This document shows positions 19,808-28,676 of a DNA stretch of 64,000 nucleotides, piece after piece. This DNA is from Thermoplasmata archaeon (lineage in GTDB: Archaea > Thermoplasmatota > Thermoplasmata > RBG-16-68-12 > JAFNFQ01). The stretch lies in contig JBGPQV010000003.1 of assembly GCA_041489255.1 (NCBI GenBank), forward strand, positions 96,001 through 160,000, written 5' to 3'. Made by a program: the position numbers and the translations under genes. Below the pieces are notes generated by a model that saw nothing but the letters and a program-made list of their open reading frames with translations, was not told the origin of the DNA and did not search any database. Position 1 is the stretch's first letter; every line of letters begins with the position of its first letter.

Positions 19808-21269
19808 CAGATTGCGCGCGATCTTGGAGGCGCTCTCCGCGCGTGTCCAGGTGTCAATGCAGGAAGACGAGTTGTTTTACTTAATGGGCAAGAAGGTCGT
19901 CACGTTCGTTTCGAATGATGAATACAGGCGTCTCTCAGCGGGAGCATACTCACACGACACCGCAGCATCAGAGGTCCGCGAGGGAGAGCGGAATCTTGAG
20001 AGCCTCGACGCAAGCTACGCTCGATCGGCATCGCCAGACGAGAAAGAATACCTCAAAGCGCGAGCTGATGCCATGCAGAAGCTCCGCGAGGCTCAGCAGC
20101 AGATGCTGATGCTAATGCACCAAGCCACTTCGATCCACCGCTTCGTGCAGCTGAAATCGCTGGGCGGTTATGTCGCGATATCAGAGCACGGCAGGGAAGT
20201 CCTCGATGCTCTCCCCGCGCTCGCTTCCATTCAGACGGGGTCCGAACCAGCTGAGGCTGACGGCGTGCTCTATTCGCTCGAAGCGGGTGTGACTAGAGTC
20301 GGTAAAATCGCGAAGGCGATCCAGACCGCCCTCCAAAAGTGGGATACATCCTACGTGGCGACCAATTTCTCCGACACGCAATTGCTCGCGGCAGCCAGTG
20401 ATATCGCACCCTTTGGCGGCGATTACATCTCGTTTCTCAAGACGGCGCAGCAACTGGCCGAGATTCTGGCGAAAGCGAGACACGTCTCCCTCTACGCAGC
20501 AGGGCCAGAGCCTGACAAATGCCAACGCGCTTCCGTTGTGGCGACAGAAATGATGGATATCCTAGGTTCAAAGGTCCAATGGGGCAATCGCAAGTCCTCG
20601 CTTACAGCGGCTTCAATGTCATCGGAGCTGAATAGGTACTCGGGATTTGACACAATCAATGCAGTCATCGCTATTCACGCGGACATGCTTGGTGCGAAAC
20701 CTATTTCATCGCGGGACACAGACAAGCCGCGCAACCCAAGTTACCAAGATTCGTCTCTGGGCTTCCAGAGGCTTCTGTTGATGCTCCCCGTGAGCCCTGA
20801 GGTTCTCGCGCTCAGGATGCAAACCATTGTGGACCATTTAAAGAAACGCGTGCCCGACGCACCCATTGTGGAGATCTGCGATTCGGCTGCGATTCTGTGT
20901 GCCGTCAAGGAGCGATCGCCAGACGATCTCATGGCTTCCTTCGACGCAGCAGATGCGTGGCTGAAGAATGCGCTGAGCAGTCATGTCGTCGCCGCGGCAC
21001 TCGCAGCCGCGCTTCCGGGCCCTGTGGAGACCACGAAGCTTTGGACGCGTCACCTGATCTCCAAGCTTGAAGCAACGAACAAGACAGCGGGAAACGTCGA
21101 GCCTTTACACCTCTCTCTCAAAGCGCTTTGGTCCTCGGTTTTCGGTCCGAAGCGGGACATCCCCATGCTGTTCGGCATGGCGGCATACTGGATGTACCTC
21201 TACGAGGAGACGATACGGGAATTCCGCGCACATCCATTGCACGTCCACTACGTGCCGTGGTTTGGCTGA
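19788..21269 (+). CDS. Hypothetical alpha-helical protein with His-rich C-terminus
   Basis: 493-aa ORF overlapping the upstream gene; N-terminal coiled-coil tendency; ends HPLHVHYVPWFG. Confidence 0.75.
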   Translation: MHKMLTSRLRAILEALSARVQVSMQEDELFYLMGKKVVTFVSNDEYRRLSAGAYSHDTAASEVREGERNLESLDASYARSASPDEKEYLKARADAMQKLREAQQQMLMLMHQATSIHRFVQLKSLGGYVAISEHGREVLDALPALASIQTGSEPAEADGVLYSLEAGVTRVGKIAKAIQTALQKWDTSYVATNFSDTQLLAAASDIAPFGGDYISFLKTAQQLAEILAKARHVSLYAAGPEPDKCQRASVVATEMMDILGSKVQWGNRKSSLTAASMSSELNRYSGFDTINAVIAIHADMLGAKPISSRDTDKPRNPSYQDSSLGFQRLLLMLPVSPEVLALRMQTIVDHLKKRVPDAPIVEICDSAAILCAVKERSPDDLMASFDAADAWLKNALSSHVVAAALAAALPGPVETTKLWTRHLISKLEATNKTAGNVEPLHLSLKALWSSVFGPKRDIPMLFGMAAYWMYLYEETIREFRAHPLHVHYVPWFG

Positions 21270-21285
21270 GCCCGAAGAAAGATAA

Positions 21286-21360
21286 TGCTCCCGCCGGGAT
21301 TTGAACCCGAGTCGAAAGCTCGAGAGGCTTTCATGATTGACCGGACTACACTACGGGAGC
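21286..21360 (-). tRNA. tRNA-Glu (anticodon CUC)
   Basis: Reverse complement GCTCCCGTAGTGTAGTCCGGTCAATCATGAAAGCCTCTCGAGCTTTCGACTCGGGTTCAAATCCCGGCGGGAGCA; loop CT-CTC-GA. Confidence 0.95.
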
Positions 21361-21481
21361 TTTGCGTCGACTAAGTAGGAGGATATCATAAACCTTGCTC
21401 AGAGAACCGCAGCGACTCCCGAAGTTGAGAAATAGCCAAGGGAACTTCTCCTCTCCGCAGTCCGCTTGATGGCGGGAGAGA

Positions 21482-22084
21482 ATGACAGAGGCGATACTGA
21501 GAAGGCACTTTCTGAATCGCGAGAATTGGCGTGCGTGGCTCGAAGTGAATCACGCGTCCGCGAATGAGCTCTGGCTGATTCTCTACAAGAAGCACACGAA
21601 GAAATCCAGCATCCGCCTCGACGAGGCTGTCGAGGAAGCGCTGTGCTTCGGGTGGATCGACGGGAAGCTGAGGAGGATCGATGACGAGAAGCATGAGATC
21701 CGGTTCACCCCTCGGAAGATGGGCAGCACTTGGTCCGAAACCAACATCAACAGGGTCAAGAGGCTAATCAAGGAAGACCGGATGACCAGCGTGGGGCTGA
21801 AAAAGTACAGGGACGGCATGAGAGATCCGAGGATGAAGCTGCTCAGGAAGGATTTCGAGATACCTCAGTTCATCGTCGCCGCATTGAAACGGAACAAGAG
21901 GGCGTGGGACGCCTTCGACAAGCTCGCTCCCTCTCGGAAGCAACAGATCGTGTGGTGGATAGCGACCGCCAAGAGGGAGGAGACCCGCGAGAAAAGGATC
22001 AAGGAGACGATCAGGCGAAGTCTGACGGGGAAGTTCACCTGGTGGGACGACCAATACAGCAAGCCCGAGCCGTCAAAGGTCTGA
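21482..22084 (+). CDS. YdeI/OmpD-associated family protein
   Basis: WRAWLE.NH, EAVEEALCFGWIDG, RFTPRK.GS.WS.TN, AKREETREKRI. Confidence 0.9.
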   Translation: MTEAILRRHFLNRENWRAWLEVNHASANELWLILYKKHTKKSSIRLDEAVEEALCFGWIDGKLRRIDDEKHEIRFTPRKMGSTWSETNINRVKRLIKEDRMTSVGLKKYRDGMRDPRMKLLRKDFEIPQFIVAALKRNKRAWDAFDKLAPSRKQQIVWWIATAKREETREKRIKETIRRSLTGKFTWWDDQYSKPEPSKV

Positions 22085-22132
22085 ATCCGCGCATTTAATA
22101 TCCGTCGAACCGGTGTCGCCGCCGGTGTTAAC

Positions 22133-22957
22133 ATGAAGGTCCTCCTCGCTCAGCTCTCGCCCAAGGTCGGGGACAAAGAAGCCAACATCGCCATGATGGA
22201 GAAGGCGATCAGAAAAACGAAACCCGACCTCGCCGTCTTCGGTGAACTCTTCCTCACAGGGTACATGGCCCGCGACTCGTGGAGGACGCTCGCAGAGCCC
22301 GTGCCCGGACCGAGCACGCAAGCGGTCTCCGAGATAGCGCGCAAGAACTCGACCCACATCATCTTCGGGATGCCCGAGAGGGACACGAAGGCCAGACTGC
22401 TCTACAACGTGGCGGTACTCGTCACTCCAGATGGCACCGTGGAGAAGTACCGCAAGATCCACCCCGCCAACTTCGGGCCCTTCGAGGAGGGAATCTACTT
22501 CGCACGAGGGCGGGAGCCGAAGCTTGTCGAGACGGAGCTGGGCAAGATTGGCCTGATGATCTGCTTCGATTCCTTCTTCCCCGAGCTCGCGAAGGTCCTC
22601 GCTCTTCAGGGCGCCGATATCTTGGCGGTAATCTCCGCCGCGCCGAACACGAGCAAGCCGATGTTCGACAAGGTGCTGCCCGCCAGGGCGGTGGAGGACA
22701 CGTGCTTCGTGCTCTACTGCAACCTCGTCGGCACAGAACTCAACATTGTCTTCGCTGGCGGGACTCAGGCAATAGGGCCTCGCGGGGAGTACATCGGTGT
22801 CGCCAAGGACTACAAGGAGGACCTCGTGTTGGTTGATCTCGACCTCGCTGACCTGGGACCCGCCAGGCAGGCAAGGCCGACAATCAGAGACACCGACCCT
22901 CATCTGGTCGACCTCGCCCTCGGTCGCGGCGGGAAGAAGGGGCGGCGCAGGGACTAG
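22133..22957 (+). CDS. Carbon-nitrogen hydrolase (nitrilase superfamily)
   Basis: Catalytic E (FGELFLTGY), K (YRKIH), C (ICFDSFFPE). Confidence 0.92.
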   Translation: MKVLLAQLSPKVGDKEANIAMMEKAIRKTKPDLAVFGELFLTGYMARDSWRTLAEPVPGPSTQAVSEIARKNSTHIIFGMPERDTKARLLYNVAVLVTPDGTVEKYRKIHPANFGPFEEGIYFARGREPKLVETELGKIGLMICFDSFFPELAKVLALQGADILAVISAAPNTSKPMFDKVLPARAVEDTCFVLYCNLVGTELNIVFAGGTQAIGPRGEYIGVAKDYKEDLVLVDLDLADLGPARQARPTIRDTDPHLVDLALGRGGKKGRRRD

Positions 22958-25900
22958 CCGTCGTCTGGCGGTGGCGGCGGGGCCTTCCTTTCAGCTAGCT
23001 CCTGCTGTTGCTCAGATTCCTTCCTCTTCCTTCGCTTCATCAGCAGGAGAATCACCGCCATGATGATGACGATGATGATCGCGACTGCGATGAGGATGAC
23101 CGATGTGTCGGTTCCTGAGGACCGCGACAGGGTCGTGCCGTCCTCTTGGGCCGGAGCGGACTCAATCCCTCGCGAGTTCACCGCGGTCACGTTGTAGTAA
23201 TAGATAGTCCCATCCGCCAGCCCGAGACCGACATTGTCATCGAGGAAGGTCGTCACCGTGACCAGGGGGCCGTTGACCTTCGTCCTCTGACCATTAGGCT
23301 GCGTCATCCTGTAGACGTTGTAGCCCCTCAGATCTGTCAATGGCGATGAGTCCGTGTTCAGGCTCGGCGCGGCCCAGCTCAGCCTGAGGGCTCCGAAGCC
23401 CTCCGGCACGACGGTGAGACCCGCCGGCGGGTTCGGCACCCTCTCGATGATCGAGGTCGTGTAGGTTTGACTCCGGACTCCGTTCAGGCTGCCGTCGACC
23501 GCCCAGATGTAGTAGGAGATCGAACCTGCGTGCGGCTGGCCCGCCACCTCGTAAGAGTACTCATCGGCGGTCACGACAGCCATGCTCACATTCCGCCTGA
23601 CGCCGTCGACATCCGTGTAGTCCAGCTTCACTTCCTGGACGAGGATGTTGTCGGTCACATTGGCGGTGATATTGAGCGCGACGGTGACCGGCCATGTCGC
23701 CCGGGGCGTATGTTCGATCGAGGGCGGCACCGACTCGGTTGTCTGGAAGATGCCCGTGTTCGTCTCCCAGTTCCCGCTGCTGTCGACCGCGGAGACCTTG
23801 TATTGATATGCGCCGACCAGATTCACCGCGTATTCGTAGTAGAAGGTCGGGCCACCGTCCATCGACTGATTCTCCGGCGTCTGGCCCGGGGCGGTGATTT
23901 CCACCCAGACCCCGGCGAGCAGGTAGTTGTCGGTGACATCCGCCGTGATGTTCGTCGAAGAGAGAAGCGCGACCGGGCTCGGCGTGGCGGCAAGATTGAC
24001 GATCAGCGGGGGCGTGTTGTCCTCGACATCGAAGGTGCTGACCGCCACCGCCCACAGGTCGACCGAATCCTTCGCAGACACTTTGAATATGTAAGCTCCG
24101 AGCTGGTCGGGAATCGTCTCCCTGGAGTACCTCGGTCCCGCGATCATCGACCGGTTCGTCCGCGTGAGGTCCGGCGCCGTCACCTCGACCCAGACCTCCG
24201 AGAGCAGGTAGTTGTCGGATACGAGCGCCGAGAGGTTCGTCGATGCGAACACTTCCACCGGGTTCGGGACTGCCCTCAAGTCCGAGATGGATGGTCTCGT
24301 CGTGTCCTCACATGTGAATTGACCCGAGGTCGAGTTCCGGTTACCGCTGGTGTCGGATGCCCAAATCACGAACGTGTGCAGACCGAGCATCCCGCAGTTC
24401 CTCTCCAGGAAGTAGCGCATCCCGAATGGGTCATACGACATCGTGGAGTTGATGGTACCGGCAGCGGGATTCGTAACGTTGAGCCAGACTTGGCCAACGG
24501 CGACATTGTCGCGAATCACGGCTGACACATTTACGGGGAAGTAGACCTCCTGAGGATCCGGGATTGCCGTGGCTGACGTGAGCGTCGGCCTCTCGACATC
24601 CACGAATGAGGCGGTGGTGAAGGTCCAACTGTATGGCGTTGCGAGGTTGTTGCCAGGGTCGGATGCGTCTCTGGCCGATGTCGTGAAGTTCGCGGAGTAC
24701 TGGGTGCCCGACGCAAGCACGCTCGTCGGGCCGAAGGTCATTATGCTCCCTGCCCAAGACAGCGTTCCCGCCACGGGAGTCCATGTGGCAGTGTCCTTCA
24801 GCGAGAAAGCCGACTCCGCCGATGTCCTCATCATCGGCTCGGACCATGCTGCCTGGACATTCGCGCTGGTCGGAACGCCGGTCTCCCCCGAGAACGGGCT
24901 TGTGGAGGAGACTATTGGCGGTGTCGAGTCGATCTCGAGCGCGGGAGAATATCCGTACCCGGTTCCCCCAATTGTGTCGACGACGACGGCCTGCAAAACG
25001 ACCGCAGTGCTGTCTTCAAATGGGACTGTCCAAGCGTATGGCCTGGCATCGCCTGCCACGCCCTGGAGTCCAGCGATCTGATGGTCGAAGGGACCAGCTC
25101 CCGTCACTGAGTAATTGACCCAGACCTTGAGGTTCCCGATGGAATCCTCGGCGTCATACGCCGTCCAATCGATGTTGTGAATCGTCCCGCCGGTCCAGCT
25201 CTCCCCGCCTGCAGGTGCGGTGATGCCGATCGTCGGCGGCGTATTGACAATCGTGGTGAAGGACCATATATAATCAAGGATCATGGAATTGCCTGGATTG
25301 GATACGTCCCTCGCGCCGGTCCAGACCGTCGCGGTGTAGGTCGTGGAATATGAGAAATCCACATGATCAATGGTCAACGTGTCATCTGGGAAGATCCTCT
25401 GCGACCAGCTGAATATCAAGGTGCCCATATTCGGCACCAGAGTGAAGGCTGATTCAACTGAGGCGGTGTCCATTCTCTCCGAGAACTGGACAACGATAGG
25501 AGCAGTGAGAGCGACCCCCGTGCCCGTCGGTGACGCGCTCACGACGAATGGCCACGTCGAGTCTATCTGGGGGACCAAGACCGTGCTGTACCCTTTTAGT
25601 CCGTTTGCGTCGATGACGGTCGCGTTTATCCTCACATCGGTTGCGTCGATTGTCGGCACTGTCCATCCGTAGATGGTCGCGCCAGCAAGCGGTCCTGCAA
25701 TCGTGCCTGAGCTCGGCGTCGAGGTGTAGTTGAGGTAGATCCTGAGGCTACCGGGCGGAGTCGTGTCGTCGCTCATTGTCCAAGTGATCATCTGCGAAGA
25801 ACCGCCCGTCCAGTCCTGCGCGCCACTCGGGTTTGTCAGAGAAATCGAAGGTGGGTTGTTCACAGGCGGAGCCGTGCCGCTTCCGAAGCAGTAGATCCTT

Positions 25901-27141
25901 CCACCGTTGCCCCATGTGCCGACGCAAACCCTCCCGTCTGAGATCGCAGGTGAAGAGTCAACGTCCCCATACAACGGCGCTTGCCACCTGTATGCGGCGG
26001 GATTCGTCTGGTTCGCGTTGAACGAGTAGAGGTAGTTCGATTTAGATCCGATGAAGACCTTGCCGTCCGAAATGGCGGGGGAAGACCAGATGTCTCCTCC
26101 TGTCGCGTAGTTCCAGACCACGGCACCTGTCTGCGCATCAAGCGCGTAGAGATTGTCGTCGACGGAACCCACGAAGACCTTGCCGTAAGCCACCGCAGCC
26201 GAGGAGAAGAATGATTGCGAGCCCGAAGGCGGGAATGCCCATATCTGGCTCAGGTCATTCGCGCTGAGGGCGCGGAACTTGGCTGCTGTGGTCGTGAATG
26301 TGTAGCCATCCCCGATGTAGACTTTCCCATCGTAGATCACCGGAGAACCGTACATGCTCTTGTACCTGGCAGATGTGGCGCTGGCAACCGCAGCTCCCGA
26401 TTGGGCGAGGCTAATCTTGTAGACGTACCCGTCGGGTGCCGCGAGGTACGCGTAGCCATTGCAGATCGCTGGTGCACCATACAGGCCGTAATTGGTGCCA
26501 TCGGGGTGAGCCGACTGTGTTTGGAAGTACCAGACCTCGCTCCCTGTGTTCTGATTCAGGGCATGCAGCCGCCTGTCAGCCCCTCCTATGAAAACCATGC
26601 CCTGGGCGACCGCAGGCGTCCCGCTCCCCCATAGAGTGTTCGGGACCGTGAACCTCCATTTGACGGTGCCGTTGTTGGCATGAAGGGCATAGAGCTTATC
26701 GGCTCCAAAGAACAGCAGTCCGTTGGAATATGCTGGAGTGGCGCTCACGCCAGTGTTGCTCGAAACCTGTGCGTCAGTTCTCATCCTCCAAGCCAGGGTG
26801 CCGTTGTTGATGTGGAAGGCGAGCATCGAGTCCCCTGAGGGAGAACCCATCCCGATGAACACCTTGCCCTCGGCAATCGTTGGCGAACCGTACATGTTCG
26901 GGCCGGTGGAATTGTACCAAAAGACCCTCTCATCGTCCGGGGAAGGTGACTTCGTGAGCGACGAATGCGTCTCGTTGTAGGTGTACATCGGCCAGGGATA
27001 TGTGGTGGTGGCCATAGGTTGAAGCGAGTCACTGCCACTGTTCCCCCAAGGCCGAACCGGTTCGCTGGCGGTGAGCCAAGGTGCCTGCGCCACAACCATG
27101 AATCCTGCTGCCAGCACGAACACGAGGCCAAGGCGACTCAA
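22954..27141 (-). CDS. Large surface protein: PQQ-like beta-propeller, Ig-like repeats, FN3, C-terminal TM anchor
   Basis: Signal peptide; repeated SSPAI.DGKVF.G / LYAL.A.TG..VW blades; SP..G..GV...FSE.M Ig repeats; PNPPAGL..W..GYNVYR FN3; TM followed by KRRKRK. Confidence 0.88.
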   Translation of the reverse strand: MSRLGLVFVLAAGFMVVAQAPWLTASEPVRPWGNSGSDSLQPMATTTYPWPMYTYNETHSSLTKSPSPDDERVFWYNSTGPNMYGSPTIAEGKVFIGMGSPSGDSMLAFHINNGTLAWRMRTDAQVSSNTGVSATPAYSNGLLFFGADKLYALHANNGTVKWRFTVPNTLWGSGTPAVAQGMVFIGGADRRLHALNQNTGSEVWYFQTQSAHPDGTNYGLYGAPAICNGYAYLAAPDGYVYKISLAQSGAAVASATSARYKSMYGSPVIYDGKVYIGDGYTFTTTAAKFRALSANDLSQIWAFPPSGSQSFFSSAAVAYGKVFVGSVDDNLYALDAQTGAVVWNYATGGDIWSSPAISDGKVFIGSKSNYLYSFNANQTNPAAYRWQAPLYGDVDSSPAISDGRVCVGTWGNGGRIYCFGSGTAPPVNNPPSISLTNPSGAQDWTGGSSQMITWTMSDDTTPPGSLRIYLNYTSTPSSGTIAGPLAGATIYGWTVPTIDATDVRINATVIDANGLKGYSTVLVPQIDSTWPFVVSASPTGTGVALTAPIVVQFSERMDTASVESAFTLVPNMGTLIFSWSQRIFPDDTLTIDHVDFSYSTTYTATVWTGARDVSNPGNSMILDYIWSFTTIVNTPPTIGITAPAGGESWTGGTIHNIDWTAYDAEDSIGNLKVWVNYSVTGAGPFDHQIAGLQGVAGDARPYAWTVPFEDSTAVVLQAVVVDTIGGTGYGYSPALEIDSTPPIVSSTSPFSGETGVPTSANVQAAWSEPMMRTSAESAFSLKDTATWTPVAGTLSWAGSIMTFGPTSVLASGTQYSANFTTSARDASDPGNNLATPYSWTFTTASFVDVERPTLTSATAIPDPQEVYFPVNVSAVIRDNVAVGQVWLNVTNPAAGTINSTMSYDPFGMRYFLERNCGMLGLHTFVIWASDTSGNRNSTSGQFTCEDTTRPSISDLRAVPNPVEVFASTNLSALVSDNYLLSEVWVEVTAPDLTRTNRSMIAGPRYSRETIPDQLGAYIFKVSAKDSVDLWAVAVSTFDVEDNTPPLIVNLAATPSPVALLSSTNITADVTDNYLLAGVWVEITAPGQTPENQSMDGGPTFYYEYAVNLVGAYQYKVSAVDSSGNWETNTGIFQTTESVPPSIEHTPRATWPVTVALNITANVTDNILVQEVKLDYTDVDGVRRNVSMAVVTADEYSYEVAGQPHAGSISYYIWAVDGSLNGVRSQTYTTSIIERVPNPPAGLTVVPEGFGALRLSWAAPSLNTDSSPLTDLRGYNVYRMTQPNGQRTKVNGPLVTVTTFLDDNVGLGLADGTIYYYNVTAVNSRGIESAPAQEDGTTLSRSSGTDTSVILIAVAIIIVIIMAVILLLMKRRKRKESEQQQELAERKAPPPPPDDG

Positions 27142-27282
27142 CTCAGAATCTGCCTCCTTGATGAAACCGTCCAGCGCTCACGCCGAAGACTTCGACTGAT
27201 TGGTCTCTGCGAGTCTTCAAAATGAGTGCCCACAGACGAGTTTGAAACATTCTGCCCATATAAGTAGCTACCCCACCCATAC

Positions 27283-27816
27283 TCACGACCCGCTTCTCGC
27301 GTCCGCATCCGGCACCGTGCATCCCCGCCAGTATTCGCAGCAACCAGCCACCTTCGAGATGGCGGGAGTGATCAGGAACGCCATCAGCGCGAACACAGTC
27401 ACGGCGATGAACAGGAACCATGAGAACTGAAACACGAGAATCGGCGCGGCGGCGAACACCGGCGCGAGCCACGAGGGGGCGACGTAGGCCCAGATGAGCC
27501 TATACCGCTTGGGCATCAGTCTGACGTCCCCTTTCCTGAAGAGCGCTGTCGACATCGTGCTGTAGCCGCACGGGCAGACACCGCCATAGTACGGGCAGTT
27601 CACGCAGACAGTCGCCCACATCGCCACGGTGCTCGCTACGCAGTAGAAGGCGTAGATTACGGCGGCGGGCCAGCAGAACAGGGAGATCGTCGTCACCCCG
27701 ACCGCGTATGTCGCGAATGTAGCGGTGTTCCCCTGGAAGAACGCCCTCGGGAACCTGTACTCCCGTTCGATGACTGTCGCAGCAGCCTTGTCCACGACCG
27801 ATGTCGACGACTCCAT
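27283..27816 (-). CDS. Cys-rich four-TM membrane protein
   Basis: ATG at 27816, 17 nt after nifB stop; CVNCPYYGGVCPCG and GCCEYWRGC motifs flank TM pairs. Confidence 0.75.
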   Translation of the reverse strand: MESSTSVVDKAAATVIEREYRFPRAFFQGNTATFATYAVGVTTISLFCWPAAVIYAFYCVASTVAMWATVCVNCPYYGGVCPCGYSTMSTALFRKGDVRLMPKRYRLIWAYVAPSWLAPVFAAAPILVFQFSWFLFIAVTVFALMAFLITPAISKVAGCCEYWRGCTVPDADARSGS

Positions 27817-27833
27817 CTTCTGCCCACTTCTCC

Positions 27834-28673
27834 CTAGTAGAATGCGGATGAAATGTCGCAGCCAAGCAGCCCTATCGCGTCGGCCCTGCACCTAGCGCAG
27901 TGCTCGATCTGCCTTATGTGCTTCCTGCACTCATTTCTGACTGTTCGAATCTCCAGCCCGCTCGGCGCCTTCCTCTCTTCGAACTCGCTCCCCTTGACAG
28001 CCAGGAACGGGATGACATTCTGGACCAGCGCACCCGCCTCGCTCGCCCTCAGTGCAATCTTCGGAAGCTCCTCCTCGTTGATGCCTGGGATGAGCACCGA
28101 GTTGACCTTGACGATAAGACCCTCGTCGACGCACTTCGCCAACCCGTCCCATTGCTTATCGGACAATGTCTGGAATGCGTCCTGACCTGTCAGCGTCTCG
28201 CCGCTGTCCCTCACCCACGAGTAGATCTCCGCCCCGATCCGCGGCTCGAGCGCATTGATTGTCACAGTAACGTACTTGACCCCGAGGGACACGATTTCAT
28301 CGACATATTGCGGGAGGAGGAGGCCGTTCGTCGCGAGGCAGAGCGTCATGTCCGGGAACTCCCCGCCGACGAGCCTTAGCGTCTCGAATGTCTCCTTGTT
28401 CGCGAGCGGTTCGCCCGGACCCGCGATCCCAATGACGGAGAGATTTCCCAGCTTATCGCGGACGCGGCGCACCAGCGCGGCCGCCTCTTCCGCCTTGAGC
28501 AGCTTCGACGTTACCCCTGGACGCGTCTCGTTCGAGCAGTCGAAGGCCCTGTTGCAGAACCTGCATTGGATATTGCACGCGGGAGCGACAGGCAGATGCA
28601 TCCTCGCGTACTTCCAGTGAGCCTCGGCGCTGTAGCAGGGATGAACCGATATTGACTCAGGGATCGCGCTCAA
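27834..28673 (-). CDS. nifB: NifB-type radical SAM protein (stand-alone, no NifX-like domain)
   Basis: HPCYS..AH.KYARMHLPVAPACNIQCRFC, ETRPGVTS, IAGPGEPLAN, CLATNGL, KVNSVLIPGIN and C-terminal HCARCRADAIG match NifB hallmarks. Confidence 0.88.
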   Translation of the reverse strand: MSAIPESISVHPCYSAEAHWKYARMHLPVAPACNIQCRFCNRAFDCSNETRPGVTSKLLKAEEAAALVRRVRDKLGNLSVIGIAGPGEPLANKETFETLRLVGGEFPDMTLCLATNGLLLPQYVDEIVSLGVKYVTVTINALEPRIGAEIYSWVRDSGETLTGQDAFQTLSDKQWDGLAKCVDEGLIVKVNSVLIPGINEEELPKIALRASEAGALVQNVIPFLAVKGSEFEERKAPSGLEIRTVRNECRKHIRQIEHCARCRADAIGLLGCDISSAFY

Positions 28674-28676
28674 GCC

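Noticed and set aside
27834-28673. Evidence of nitrogen fixation
   Set aside because: No nifH/D/K/E/N in the window; NifB alone does not indicate diazotrophy
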